Of a DNA stretch of 64,000 nt, positions 56,219 to 63,935 are shown one piece after another (the first letter of the stretch is position 1; each line of letters begins with the position of its first letter). A program made the translations under genes and the position numbers. Location: sequence record PV261925.1; one strand, written 5' to 3'. The notes under the pieces are model-generated. The model saw only the letters and a list, made by a program, of their open reading frames with translations, was not told where the DNA came from and made no database searches.

Positions 56219-57278
56219 CTACTTTCTCCTCAATTTGTGTACAAATCCATTCGTATGTCTTACGGATACCCTCTTCAAGACTCTGAGAGTAATCCCAACC
56301 AAGTTTCTCACGGATGAGATCGTTATTTGAATTACGACCACGGACACCCGTAGGAGCATCGAGTTTATAGATCTTTCTAACTACCTTATCAGACACTTTT
56401 GCTGCAGTATCAACCAGTTGATTGATAGTCACCATTTCCTCGGAACCAATATTTACTGGACCTTGGAAGTCACTATCCATCAATCTTCGAGTTGCTTCAA
56501 TGCATTCGTCAATGAACAGGAAGGAGCGAGTCTGTAAGCCATCTCCCCACACCTCGATTCCTCCACCGACCTTCGGGAGGTAAGCGACTTTACGGCAGAT
56601 TGCAGCTGGTGCTTTCTCTCTTCCACCGTCCCAGGTTCCCTCAGGTCCAAAGATGTTATGATACCTAGCGACACGAACAGGGATCCCGTAATTACGAGAG
56701 TAAGCAAAGTAGAGACGTTCTGAGAACAATTTCTCCCATCCATATTCGGAGTCTGGGTCTGCTGGGTATGCTGATTCTTCACGACAGTCAGGGTTGTCAG
56801 GATCAAGTTGATTGTGTTCTGGATACATACATGCAGATCCAGAGTAGAAGATCTTAGTCGTATTAACTTCTTTTGATTCGTTTAGTTTACGTTGTTCTTC
56901 AAGAACATTCAGGTTGATAGACACAGAGTTGTGCATGATATCTGCATCGTTCTCACCAGTGAAAACGAAACCTGCACCACCCATATCAGCGGCAAACTGA
57001 TAGATCTCATCAAAAGGTTGTGCAAACTTCTCAGCAATCTGTTGATAGAAGTTACCAAGGTATCCAGTGAAACGAATACAACGACGAACAAAGGTCACAT
57101 CACGCAGGTCACCCTGAATGAATTCATTTGCTTCAGTCTCAGAATACTCTGGTCGTTTCAGGTCAACACCACGAACCCAGTACCCTTCTGACCGTAATCG
57201 TTTCACCATGTGACTACCAATGAAACCACCTGCACCGAGAACCAGTGCAGTCTTCTTATACTCAGTCATAACATCCAT
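56202..57278 (-). CDS. GDP-mannose 3,5-epimerase-like extended SDR
   Basis: GAGGFIGSH; QFAADMGG.GF; YSGSACMYP; YGWEK; RYHNIFGPEGTWDGGREKAPAAICRK; GVRGRNS. Confidence 0.85.
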   Translation of the reverse strand: MDVMTEYKKTALVLGAGGFIGSHMVKRLRSEGYWVRGVDLKRPEYSETEANEFIQGDLRDVTFVRRCIRFTGYLGNFYQQIAEKFAQPFDEIYQFAADMGGAGFVFTGENDADIMHNSVSINLNVLEEQRKLNESKEVNTTKIFYSGSACMYPEHNQLDPDNPDCREESAYPADPDSEYGWEKLFSERLYFAYSRNYGIPVRVARYHNIFGPEGTWDGGREKAPAAICRKVAYLPKVGGGIEVWGDGLQTRSFLFIDECIEATRRLMDSDFQGPVNIGSEEMVTINQLVDTAAKVSDKVVRKIYKLDAPTGVRGRNSNNDLIREKLGWDYSQSLEEGIRKTYEWICTQIEEKVDGTSN

Positions 57279-57307
57279 GAATTACTTACTATGTATTCTT
57301 AAAAAAG

Positions 57308-58138
57308 TCAGTACACTTTACACATCATATCAAGTCCTGTGTCGATGTCAAGTTTAGGAACAAACCCTAAAGAATTTAACTTATCGACATTCATTGTGAA
57401 GTTCTTGATCTGTAGATAGTCCTGATCCTCAGGAAAAGGAACGTCAATGATCTCACTTGTACTACCTACCTTCTCCTTACAATATTCAATGATCTCCCTG
57501 AATGATCGTGACACACCAGTTCCGATGTTATAGATCTCATTTGGTTTACCAAAGACCATCAATTCATCCATCGCTCTACATACATCATCGACATACATGT
57601 AGTCTTTCTGATAGTCACCACCACCATACAGTTTGATAGGGTCATTGTTCTTCAGACAACGAATCATATACCCAAGAACATTCTTTCCTGGTGTCACTGT
57701 AGGGTCAATACCAAAGACATTACCAATCCTAAAGATACGGTAATCAATACCAAAAGTCTTGCAGTATGAAATGACTAATGACTCTGCACATCTCTTAGTG
57801 ATTGAATAGAACCCTGTTGGATTGCAGGGGTCATCTTCCCTTGCATCGATGATGTCATTGTCATAAACGAAACCAGAACTGACAAAGTTGAACACAGTAT
57901 CTGTTCTCTTACAATGTGATAACACCTCAGTCAGAATCTTCAGATTGGTATCGATGTCAACCTGAAGATCTTTAAAGACATTCTGATTACTTGTTGTACT
58001 AATCAAGTACAGGATATCAGAGGATTCAGGGTGTCTCTGGCCACGGGGGATAGGAATATTATCAGGGTACATTCGACAGTAATTACTACCGATATAACCT
58101 GATGCACCAAATACAGATAGATTAATCATATTTCTCAC
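57308..58138 (-). CDS. NAD-dependent epimerase/reductase (dideoxyhexose synthase-like)
   Basis: GASGYIG; YSITK; RIGNVFG; KDYMYVDDV. Confidence 0.8.
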   Translation of the reverse strand: MRNMINLSVFGASGYIGSNYCRMYPDNIPIPRGQRHPESSDILYLISTTSNQNVFKDLQVDIDTNLKILTEVLSHCKRTDTVFNFVSSGFVYDNDIIDAREDDPCNPTGFYSITKRCAESLVISYCKTFGIDYRIFRIGNVFGIDPTVTPGKNVLGYMIRCLKNNDPIKLYGGGDYQKDYMYVDDVCRAMDELMVFGKPNEIYNIGTGVSRSFREIIEYCKEKVGSTSEIIDVPFPEDQDYLQIKNFTMNVDKLNSLGFVPKLDIDTGLDMMCKVY

Positions 58139-58667
58139 ACTCCTCTAAGGTCTTACCACGTTTATCTTTCTCAGACAAAATAGGATATGGAACATTCCAT
58201 TCAATATCTAGAGCAGGATCATTCCACAGAAGAGTTCGATCATACTCCTTGTAGTAATACTCTGTTGTCTTGTATGAGACATGTGCACGGTCACTCTTGA
58301 CAACAAACCCATGTGCAAATCCCTCAGGAACCCACAACATCAATTCAGGTCTGTTCAAATCAATCTTATAGTGTTCACCAAAAGTATTTGATGTCAATCG
58401 AAGATCGACGATAACATCTGTGATCCAACCTTTTACACACCTTACAAGTTTTCCTTGTGGTTTCTCAACCTGATAGTGAAGACCACGAAGAACATTCGCC
58501 GTAGAGGAAGAGTGATTGTCTTGAACAAATTCTACATCCAATCCAACCTCACTAAAGTCCCTTTTGTTGTATGACTCAATGAAGTAACCACGATCATCAA
58601 AGTGTCGTGGTTGTTCGATGATGTATGCACCATCGAGAGGTGTATTAATGATTTTCATAATGTTCAA
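58122..58667 (-). CDS. rfbC: dTDP-4-dehydrorhamnose 3,5-epimerase
   Basis: DDRGYFIE; FVQDNHS.S..NVLRGLHYQ; GKLVRC; PEGFAHGF; LSEKD. Confidence 0.95.
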   Translation of the reverse strand: MNIMKIINTPLDGAYIIEQPRHFDDRGYFIESYNKRDFSEVGLDVEFVQDNHSSSTANVLRGLHYQVEKPQGKLVRCVKGWITDVIVDLRLTSNTFGEHYKIDLNRPELMLWVPEGFAHGFVVKSDRAHVSYKTTEYYYKEYDRTLLWNDPALDIEWNVPYPILSEKDKRGKTLEECEKYD

Positions 58668-59562
58668 TCGTCTTTAGGAGTCCTTGATTGATGTCAGTTT
58701 TTGGTTTCCAACCAATTTCGGTAGTGATCTTTTGATTTGATGTTGAGTATCTTACATCATGTCCTGGTCTGTCAGCAACTAATACAATAGGGTGATCAGG
58801 TTTACCCATCAGTGATGTAATACGTTTGACAAGTTCAAGATTAGTCATCTCACACTCACCACCGATGTTGTACCTGTCTCCTACATTACCATGGGTCCAC
58901 AATTCAATCAAGGCATCACAATGATCCTCAACAAAAATCCAATCTCTGACCTGCTGACCATCACCATAGACAGGAATGGGCAAATCATTCTTCACATTAT
59001 GAATGATCTTGGGGATCATCTTCTCATAATGTTGTCTAGGTCCGTAGTTGTTTGAACAATTTGTGATCGTTGTGGGTAGACCATAAGTCTTATTGTATGC
59101 GTTCACAAAGTGATCACTTGCTGCTTTTGATGCAGAGTATGGATTCCTTGGTTTGTATCTTGATTGTTCATTGAAGGAACCTTCAGAGATAGAACCAAAT
59201 ACCTCATCAGTAGAGATGTGCATAAACCTGTTCACCTCCTTCTCTAATGCAAGTTGAAGAAGATTGACTGTACCAATCACATTGGCTTCAATAAATGGTT
59301 TACAGTCCTTGATAGAGTTGTCTACGTGACTCTCTGCAGCAAGATGGAAGATGTCCGTGAAGGTTTCTTGTTCAAAAAGATATCTGACCGCCTCCTCATC
59401 TGCAAGATCAGCCATATAGAGTTCCACATTGTCAGGTACATTGTCCTGACTAGCGGCATAGGTAAACTTGTCTACGCATACAAGTCTTTCTTTGAATGGT
59501 GCAAGTTGTCTGAGAAGACTACTACCAATGAACCCTGCACCACCAGTAACTAAAATTGTCAT
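58645..59562 (-). CDS. rfbB: dTDP-glucose 4,6-dehydratase
   Basis: VTGGAGFIG; HLAAESHVDNSI; HISTDEV; PYSASKAASD; NCSNNYGP; DRPGHDVRY. Confidence 0.95.
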   Translation of the reverse strand: MTILVTGGAGFIGSSLLRQLAPFKERLVCVDKFTYAASQDNVPDNVELYMADLADEEAVRYLFEQETFTDIFHLAAESHVDNSIKDCKPFIEANVIGTVNLLQLALEKEVNRFMHISTDEVFGSISEGSFNEQSRYKPRNPYSASKAASDHFVNAYNKTYGLPTTITNCSNNYGPRQHYEKMIPKIIHNVKNDLPIPVYGDGQQVRDWIFVEDHCDALIELWTHGNVGDRYNIGGECEMTNLELVKRITSLMGKPDHPIVLVADRPGHDVRYSTSNQKITTEIGWKPKTDINQGLLKTIEHYENH

Positions 59563-60059
59563 TTTTGTTCGTACTTATCAAGGATGGAAGGTGAATATTG
59601 TTCAGGTACATCACCCTGAAATTTTTCTATCCTCTTCTTTGTCTCAAGTTCAAACACTCTATTTCTTAATTCGGTAGAAGAGTATTTGTGTTGTCTCTTG
59701 TGATAATGAATCTCAATATCATTATCAATACAATATTGTTTACCTGTAAAGTCTCTATCCTTATACTCCTCACTCAAGAATCGAATGTCGATCCTCTGGG
59801 TCTTGATCATATTCAGAAGATCTTCTTCGGTCTCGTAGACCAGAATCTCATCGACGTATCTACAACCCTGTACCTGTACATATCTCTCGTACACACTCTG
59901 AGTGGGTTTGTTTTTGATGCCAGGTCTGTCGATAGTGGGATCAACCTGAAGTGCAACAATCAACCAGTCGCATAATTCTTTTTCCATCTTCAACATTGTC
60001 ACATGTCCAGCATGAAACAAGTCAAAGGAACTACAATTAAAACCAATCTTCATTATCAA
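59559..60059 (-). CDS. cytidylyltransferase (TagD-like)
   Basis: SFDLFHAGH (HIGH motif); ER..QV.GCRYVDE; RQHKYSSTELR. Confidence 0.85.
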   Translation of the reverse strand: MIMKIGFNCSSFDLFHAGHVTMLKMEKELCDWLIVALQVDPTIDRPGIKNKPTQSVYERYVQVQGCRYVDEILVYETEEDLLNMIKTQRIDIRFLSEEYKDRDFTGKQYCIDNDIEIHYHKRQHKYSSTELRNRVFELETKKRIEKFQGDVPEQYSPSILDKYEQK

Positions 60060-60081
60060 AGATCATAACCACATAGTATGT

Positions 60082-60110
60082 ATTGTATGAAAAAAGGAGC
60101 CCTTTGTCAA
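60082..60110 (-). promoter_or_regulatory. sigma70 promoter at the head of the glycan island, overlapping a terminator hairpin
   Basis: TTGACA-N17-TACAAT within GGAG...CTCC-TTTTTT. Confidence 0.7.
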
Positions 60111-60115
60111 GACTC

Positions 60116-60688
60116 CTAGAAATTACTTACAATATTAAATGAAATCGTATATCTATGATCCTTTACAGGATTCACATAATGTAAAAGTGATGATGGGAAT
60201 ATTAAAACAGACCCCTCTTCATAATCTTTTGTATTGATTGTATGTGCGAGATACGAATTTGAATTTGGATTGTAGAAGAAAGTAGTATTTGGTTCTTCCA
60301 CATGAAGTAAATAAATTCCAGAGAATGAAACATTCTCACCTAGGTGATCATGAACTTCCTGAAATCCACCAGGTTCATAATAATTAAACCAAATAGATTT
60401 ACAATTACTTGATTGAGGATATGTTGTTAAAGATTTATCATCAAGTAGTTCACCAACCATTTGATCCATAGAATCCCAGATGACACTATCAATAAACTTG
60501 GGATCATGTAGGAAATCAAGTCTATAATTGAATGATGTGTATACTTCAGCATTCCAAGATCCTACATTATGATACTTCTCTTTATTCTCAAGTTCCGATT
60601 TTATTTTGGGTAGTACATCTTCTTTGATTCTTTTATGATTAGGAACATTCCTATGAAATAGAAATGGACTTCGAAAATTTTTAATCAT
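60116..60688 (-). CDS. 2OG-Fe(II) oxygenase (TIGR02466-like)
   Basis: WFNYYEPGGFQEVHDH...SGIYL...EEGSVLIFPSSLLHYV.P...RYTISFN; start moved to MIKNF. Confidence 0.8.
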   Translation of the reverse strand: MIKNFRSPFLFHRNVPNHKRIKEDVLPKIKSELENKEKYHNVGSWNAEVYTSFNYRLDFLHDPKFIDSVIWDSMDQMVGELLDDKSLTTYPQSSNCKSIWFNYYEPGGFQEVHDHLGENVSFSGIYLLHVEEPNTTFFYNPNSNSYLAHTINTKDYEEGSVLIFPSSLLHYVNPVKDHRYTISFNIVSNF

Positions 60689-60701
60689 TTTATGAAGATA
60701 T

Positions 60702-60728
60702 AAAAAAAGATGGGTGTGACCCATCTTT
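60702..60728 (-). terminator. terminator following the structured RNA
   Basis: AAAGATGGG-TCACA-CCCATCTTT plus T run. Confidence 0.75.
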
Positions 60729-60729
60729 G

Positions 60730-60812
60730 GTACTCAGGCTCGCCAAGTTATTTTTATCACTGAGTAATAACTAAATCTCAGGCGGGGAGAGATCCCATCC
60801 GCACCAACTAAT
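60730..60812 (-). ncRNA. wcaG-like RNA motif
   Basis: TTGGTGCGG...CCGC, CTGAG-loop-CTCAG with the loop AGTTATT pairing downstream AATAACT, TGGCGAGCC; family name from recollection. Confidence 0.5.
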
Positions 60813-60935
60813 CTTTGGAGAATTAGTAAACTCAGTTGGGTCCAGTGACTCCACCACTTAGTTTTACGAACTAAGAAACGCGGGATTGAAGGGGCCTCCC
60901 TTCACCGACCAGTGCTGTTATAGTCCCTCCGTGAC
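60813..60935 (-). ncRNA. manA-like RNA motif
   Basis: Follows a mannose-6-phosphate isomerase gene; hairpins GAAGGG/CCCTTC, CTTAGTT/AACTAAG; GGTGGAGTC..GGACCC; family name from recollection. Confidence 0.45.
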
Positions 60936-61268
60936 TCTACCATAATCATCCTGAAGTCTGATGATATCGTCTTCTCTACAGTCTCCTGACTGAACCTCAA
61001 GGAACATAATCCCTTCTGGTCCAGCCTCCATCCTATGAATCATATTCCTAGGAATGTGGAAATGATTTTCGTGTCCTGCAGGAAATGTATGATTACCAAG
61101 AGTGACTCTACCAAACCCAGACAATATAAACCAGAATTCGCTTCTGTTCTTATGTTTCTGTAGGGACAGTTTCTGGTTGGGAGAGACTTTAATTCTTTTG
61201 ATGACCCTGAAAGGATTTCTCTCAAGGTCAACATAGAATCCCCATGGTTTATCAACCACGTTCATCAA
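60918..61268 (-). CDS. mannose-6-phosphate isomerase type II-like cupin
   Basis: KPWG...KRIKVSPNQKLSLQKH..RSEFW...HRM...EVQSG..REDDIIRLQDDYGR. Confidence 0.85.
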   Translation of the reverse strand: MMNVVDKPWGFYVDLERNPFRVIKRIKVSPNQKLSLQKHKNRSEFWFILSGFGRVTLGNHTFPAGHENHFHIPRNMIHRMEAGPEGIMFLEVQSGDCREDDIIRLQDDYGRVTEGL

Positions 61269-61504
61269 AGAGCACCCTTCGAAAGCTTAGAGATATTAAG
61301 ACCTTCGTTCATTTTCAAAACTCTAACGAGTTCATCGAACTTACCCTCAAGACCAGAAGGTGCAGCTGCAGGTGCTTCAGCCTTTGCTTGACACGCCGAC
61401 TTCAACTCAGTTACTGCTTCTTCAAGAGCCTTCAGTCTGCTCTCAACTTCCTGGTCATACTGACTCATGTATGCACCAGTAGAGGATGTTCTTTTCGTTG
61501 CCAT
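61265..61504 (-). CDS. small coiled-coil hypothetical protein
   Basis: SQYDQEVESRLKALE. Confidence 0.7.
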   Translation of the reverse strand: MATKRTSSTGAYMSQYDQEVESRLKALEEAVTELKSACQAKAEAPAAAPSGLEGKFDELVRVLKMNEGLNISKLSKGAL

Positions 61505-61528
61505 AATAGTTATAGATTTAATTCTAAC

Positions 61529-61804
61529 CTATTTATTTGACACCCTGTCTTTGATGTAACAAGGTACACGATCAGGATCTAACCATTTGGTGTATTCGAA
61601 ATCTTCCATGGCAGTCAGAAGTTGCATCTGATTGTCTAGAAGATACATGTCTTTGTAACGCTTGGTCCAACTATCCGCCTTTTGAATACGAAAGTCGGGG
61701 AACCCATTGTCTAGGGTTCCGCATTCAACATAACGATAAGGGAATCTCTCAAGGAGAATCTTCATCACTCCACCTCTTGAAGTTCCAGGTCCTCCGCCAA
61801 ACAA
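61529..61804 (-). CDS. conserved cyanophage hypothetical protein (likely start MKILLERFPYRYV)
   Basis: ORF track; RYKDMYLLDNQMQLLTAMEDFEYTKWLDP. Confidence 0.7.
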   Translation of the reverse strand: MFGGGPGTSRGGVMKILLERFPYRYVECGTLDNGFPDFRIQKADSWTKRYKDMYLLDNQMQLLTAMEDFEYTKWLDPDRVPCYIKDRVSNK

Positions 61805-61981
61805 TCGATGAGAATATCATAGTCGTCAAGAGGGTCACCAGAAAAAGTTACACCGTCGTTCTCATAAAACTTACGGACCTTTTTGAAAAGTTTCGGATTC
61901 TTAACGTCAAGGAAGAAGTCTCCATTCACTGCGGAACGAAGAGTCGTGATGTCTTTTTTGAACTTAGAAGTGATTGTCATT
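61765..61981 (-). CDS. conserved cyanophage hypothetical protein (start MTITSKFKKD, approximate)
   Basis: C-terminal part of ORF 61765-62055; downstream of an early promoter. Confidence 0.6.
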
Positions 61982-62002
61982 GTCTTGCGTGTTGACCTTA
62001 GT

Positions 62003-62053
62003 AGTATAAGGGTTTTGACCTTGTGAGTCAAGAGGACAGTAATTAAACTGTCC
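62003..62053 (-). promoter_or_regulatory. early promoter with an upstream GGACAGT-N6-ACTGTCC palindrome
   Basis: TTGACT-N17-TATACT; palindrome at 62034-62053. Confidence 0.7.
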
Positions 62054-62055
62054 AA

Positions 62056-62128
62056 TGGGGGATGTGGGGATCGAACCCACCTTTCTCCTGTTATGAGCAG
62101 GGTGCTTTCACCAGAGAGCTAAACCCCC
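62056..62128 (-). tRNA. tRNA with CAT anticodon (elongator Met or Ile2)
   Basis: Cloverleaf, CT-CAT-AA loop, GTTCGAT; no initiator features; T-T mismatch in the acceptor stem. Confidence 0.8.
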
Positions 62129-62132
62129 AAGG

Positions 62133-62204
62133 TAGGACTGCTGGGAATTGAACCCAGGTCACACCGTTATAAGCAGTGGGCCTTAACCGTTAGGCGACAG
62201 TCCC
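62133..62204 (-). tRNA. tRNA-Ile(TAT)
   Basis: GGGACTG/CAGTCCT acceptor stem; CACTG-CT-TAT-AA-CGGTG. Confidence 0.88.
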
Positions 62205-62377
62205 TAGGGAGCTTCGTTATTATTATTTGTATACATGTCTATTAAAGGATCATCTGCTGGTATCATTACTGCAGCAGATCCATTCTCATTAACTATCCCT
62301 ATATGTTCTCCATCTTCTACTCTTTGTATCAGTTCATCCCATCTCTCTTGAAATTCTTGCACCGTGAAGACTTCCAT
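62204..62377 (-). CDS. Phd/YefM-antitoxin-like small protein (57 aa)
   Basis: Hand-translated MEVFTVQEFQERWDELIQRVEDGEHIGIVNENGSAAVMIP. Confidence 0.6.
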   Translation of the reverse strand: MEVFTVQEFQERWDELIQRVEDGEHIGIVNENGSAAVMIPADDPLIDMYTNNNNEAP

Positions 62378-62412
62378 AATTGATAATATTTAGTGGGGGA
62401 TTGGTTACCCAA

Positions 62413-62486
62413 TCGGAATGACAGGATTCGAACCTGCGACCCCTGCTTCCCAAAAGCAGTGCTCTACCAAACTGAGCTACATTCCG
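62413..62486 (-). tRNA. tRNA-Pro(TGG)
   Basis: CGGAATG/CATTCCG; CTGCT-TT-TGG-GA-AGCAG. Confidence 0.93.
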
Positions 62487-62573
62487 TGGCGGAAAGGGTG
62501 GGATTCGAACCCACGGTGCTACTAACACGACAGTTTTCAAGACTGTTGCCTTAAACCACTCGGCCACCTTTCC
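62487..62573 (-). tRNA. tRNA-Ser(TGA), CCA encoded
   Basis: GGAAAGG/CCTTTCC; CT-TGA-AA; long variable arm. Confidence 0.93.
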
Positions 62574-62610
62574 GTGTGTCTTATCTATCATACCACATCT
62601 AGTGTGGTTG

Positions 62611-63168
62611 TCAAGTATAAGTATATGCGATTGTCATTCTTGGATGTTTACTTAGAACATTGGGAGCAAACCCCATGTGTTCCAAATGTGCAGGGAATAA
62701 CACTGCGTCGTTAGGAATGAATGATTGATAAAGATATTCTTTGTCTTCAGTCATTACAACAAACTCACCTCCCCATACACTATTCCAAGAAGGATTCGCA
62801 AAAATTAAAAGAGTCCAACTTCCAAATGAGCCATCAGTATGAAAGGTAGACTCTTGACCAAAAAACTGAATGTTGGTATTAACTCTATTTAATGTCAGAT
62901 TTTGTTTGATAATTTTCTGACACTGATACTTGAGTAGAGTACCATACTTAATCAGTGTAAGGTTATCACCAATGGTATTGAATTTTGATAATGGTTTCAT
63001 CAAACATCCCATATTGGGATGGTCTTCCTCATAACTATCGTTCTTGGTGAATCTCCAGGTATTGTATTTTGAATCCAGTTCGTCGTTCAGTAAAAAGAAA
63101 TCCTTTGTATCAAGTATGTTCTTAATACGATAGATGTTATCTTTGACTTCAACGAACCTCAAAATCAA
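62611..63168 (-). CDS. 2OG-Fe(II) oxygenase (prolyl-hydroxylase-like)
   Basis: FHTDG...WNSVWGGEF...NDAVLFPAHLEHMG...RMTIAY. Confidence 0.8.
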   Translation of the reverse strand: MILRFVEVKDNIYRIKNILDTKDFFLLNDELDSKYNTWRFTKNDSYEEDHPNMGCLMKPLSKFNTIGDNLTLIKYGTLLKYQCQKIIKQNLTLNRVNTNIQFFGQESTFHTDGSFGSWTLLIFANPSWNSVWGGEFVVMTEDKEYLYQSFIPNDAVLFPAHLEHMGFAPNVLSKHPRMTIAYTYT

Positions 63169-63397
63169 GTCTCCTCACTTTTCTTTTTCTCCTCTCTTCC
63201 TGATAGGAGAGATCAGAGTTACTAAGGAAACTTTTTGGAATTGTTTCCTTATTGGATTCTACCATCACTACTTTAGACAAGTCAACTGCAGTAACCTTGT
63301 CTTCAATTACCGTCATCATATTGGGACAACCACAACAATGTGTGTGATGGTCACTTCGGATTTCTTTGTTACACTGTTTGCATCTTACAGTAATCAT
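63149..63397 (-). CDS. small Zn-ribbon hypothetical protein
   Basis: VRCKQCNKE...CCGCPN...AVDLSKV. Confidence 0.7.
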   Translation of the reverse strand: MITVRCKQCNKEIRSDHHTHCCGCPNMMTVIEDKVTAVDLSKVVMVESNKETIPKSFLSNSDLSYQEERRKRKVRRLDFEVR

Positions 63398-63419
63398 GGG
63401 TCATGTTTGTAATTCGATA

Positions 63420-63491
63420 TGGGAGTTACAAGATTCGAACTTGTGACCAATTGCGTGTAAAGCAACTGCGCTACCGCTGCGCTAAACTCCC
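63420..63491 (-). tRNA. tRNA-Val(TAC)
   Basis: GGGAGTT/AACTCCC; TT-TAC-AC. Confidence 0.92.
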
Positions 63492-63497
63492 TCAAGG

Positions 63498-63579
63498 TGG
63501 GTGGTCTTGGATTTGAACCAAGGTAGGCAGAGCCAATGGATTTACAGTCCATCTCCTTTAACCACTCGGACAACCACCC
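63498..63579 (-). tRNA. tRNA-Tyr(GTA)
   Basis: GGGTGGT/ACCACCC; CT-GTA-AA; long variable arm. Confidence 0.92.
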
Positions 63580-63582
63580 TAA

Positions 63583-63655
63583 CTGACCCACCAGGGCTCG
63601 AACCTGGGACAGGCTGATTAACAGTCAGCTGCTCTACCAACTGAGCTATAGGTCA
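63583..63655 (-). tRNA. tRNA-Asn(GTT)
   Basis: TGACCTA/TGGGTCA; CT-GTT-AA. Confidence 0.92.
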
Positions 63656-63846
63656 TTGGATTTTTCCTCTTTGGCGGTCTTGAAGTAAAGTTTGTAATAC
63701 CGTTGTTTCATTTCTGAAATGGTATTCATGTCCTCTTCGTACCCCATGTATTTAAGGAGTTGAAAAGAACCCTCAAGTTCACTGATCAATCTTAACATAT
63801 TGATTGAAGATCTGTCAAGACCTCCAAACTCATACTCTTTACTCAT
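63646..63846 (-). CDS. hypothetical protein (66 aa) between tRNAs
   Basis: MSKEYEFGGLDRSSINMLRLISELEGSFQLLKYMG; SD AGGAGG. Confidence 0.7.
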   Translation of the reverse strand: MSKEYEFGGLDRSSINMLRLISELEGSFQLLKYMGYEEDMNTISEMKQRYYKLYFKTAKEEKSNDL

Positions 63847-63862
63847 AAACCTCCTAGGAGGA

Positions 63863-63935
63863 TGGAGAATAGGAGACTCGAACTCCTGACAGCCTGCTTG
63901 CAAAGCAGGTGCTCTACCAACTGAGCTAATTCCCC
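63863..63935 (-). tRNA. tRNA-Ala(TGC)
   Basis: GGGGAAT/ATTCTCC with G3:U70; TT-TGC-AA. Confidence 0.93.
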
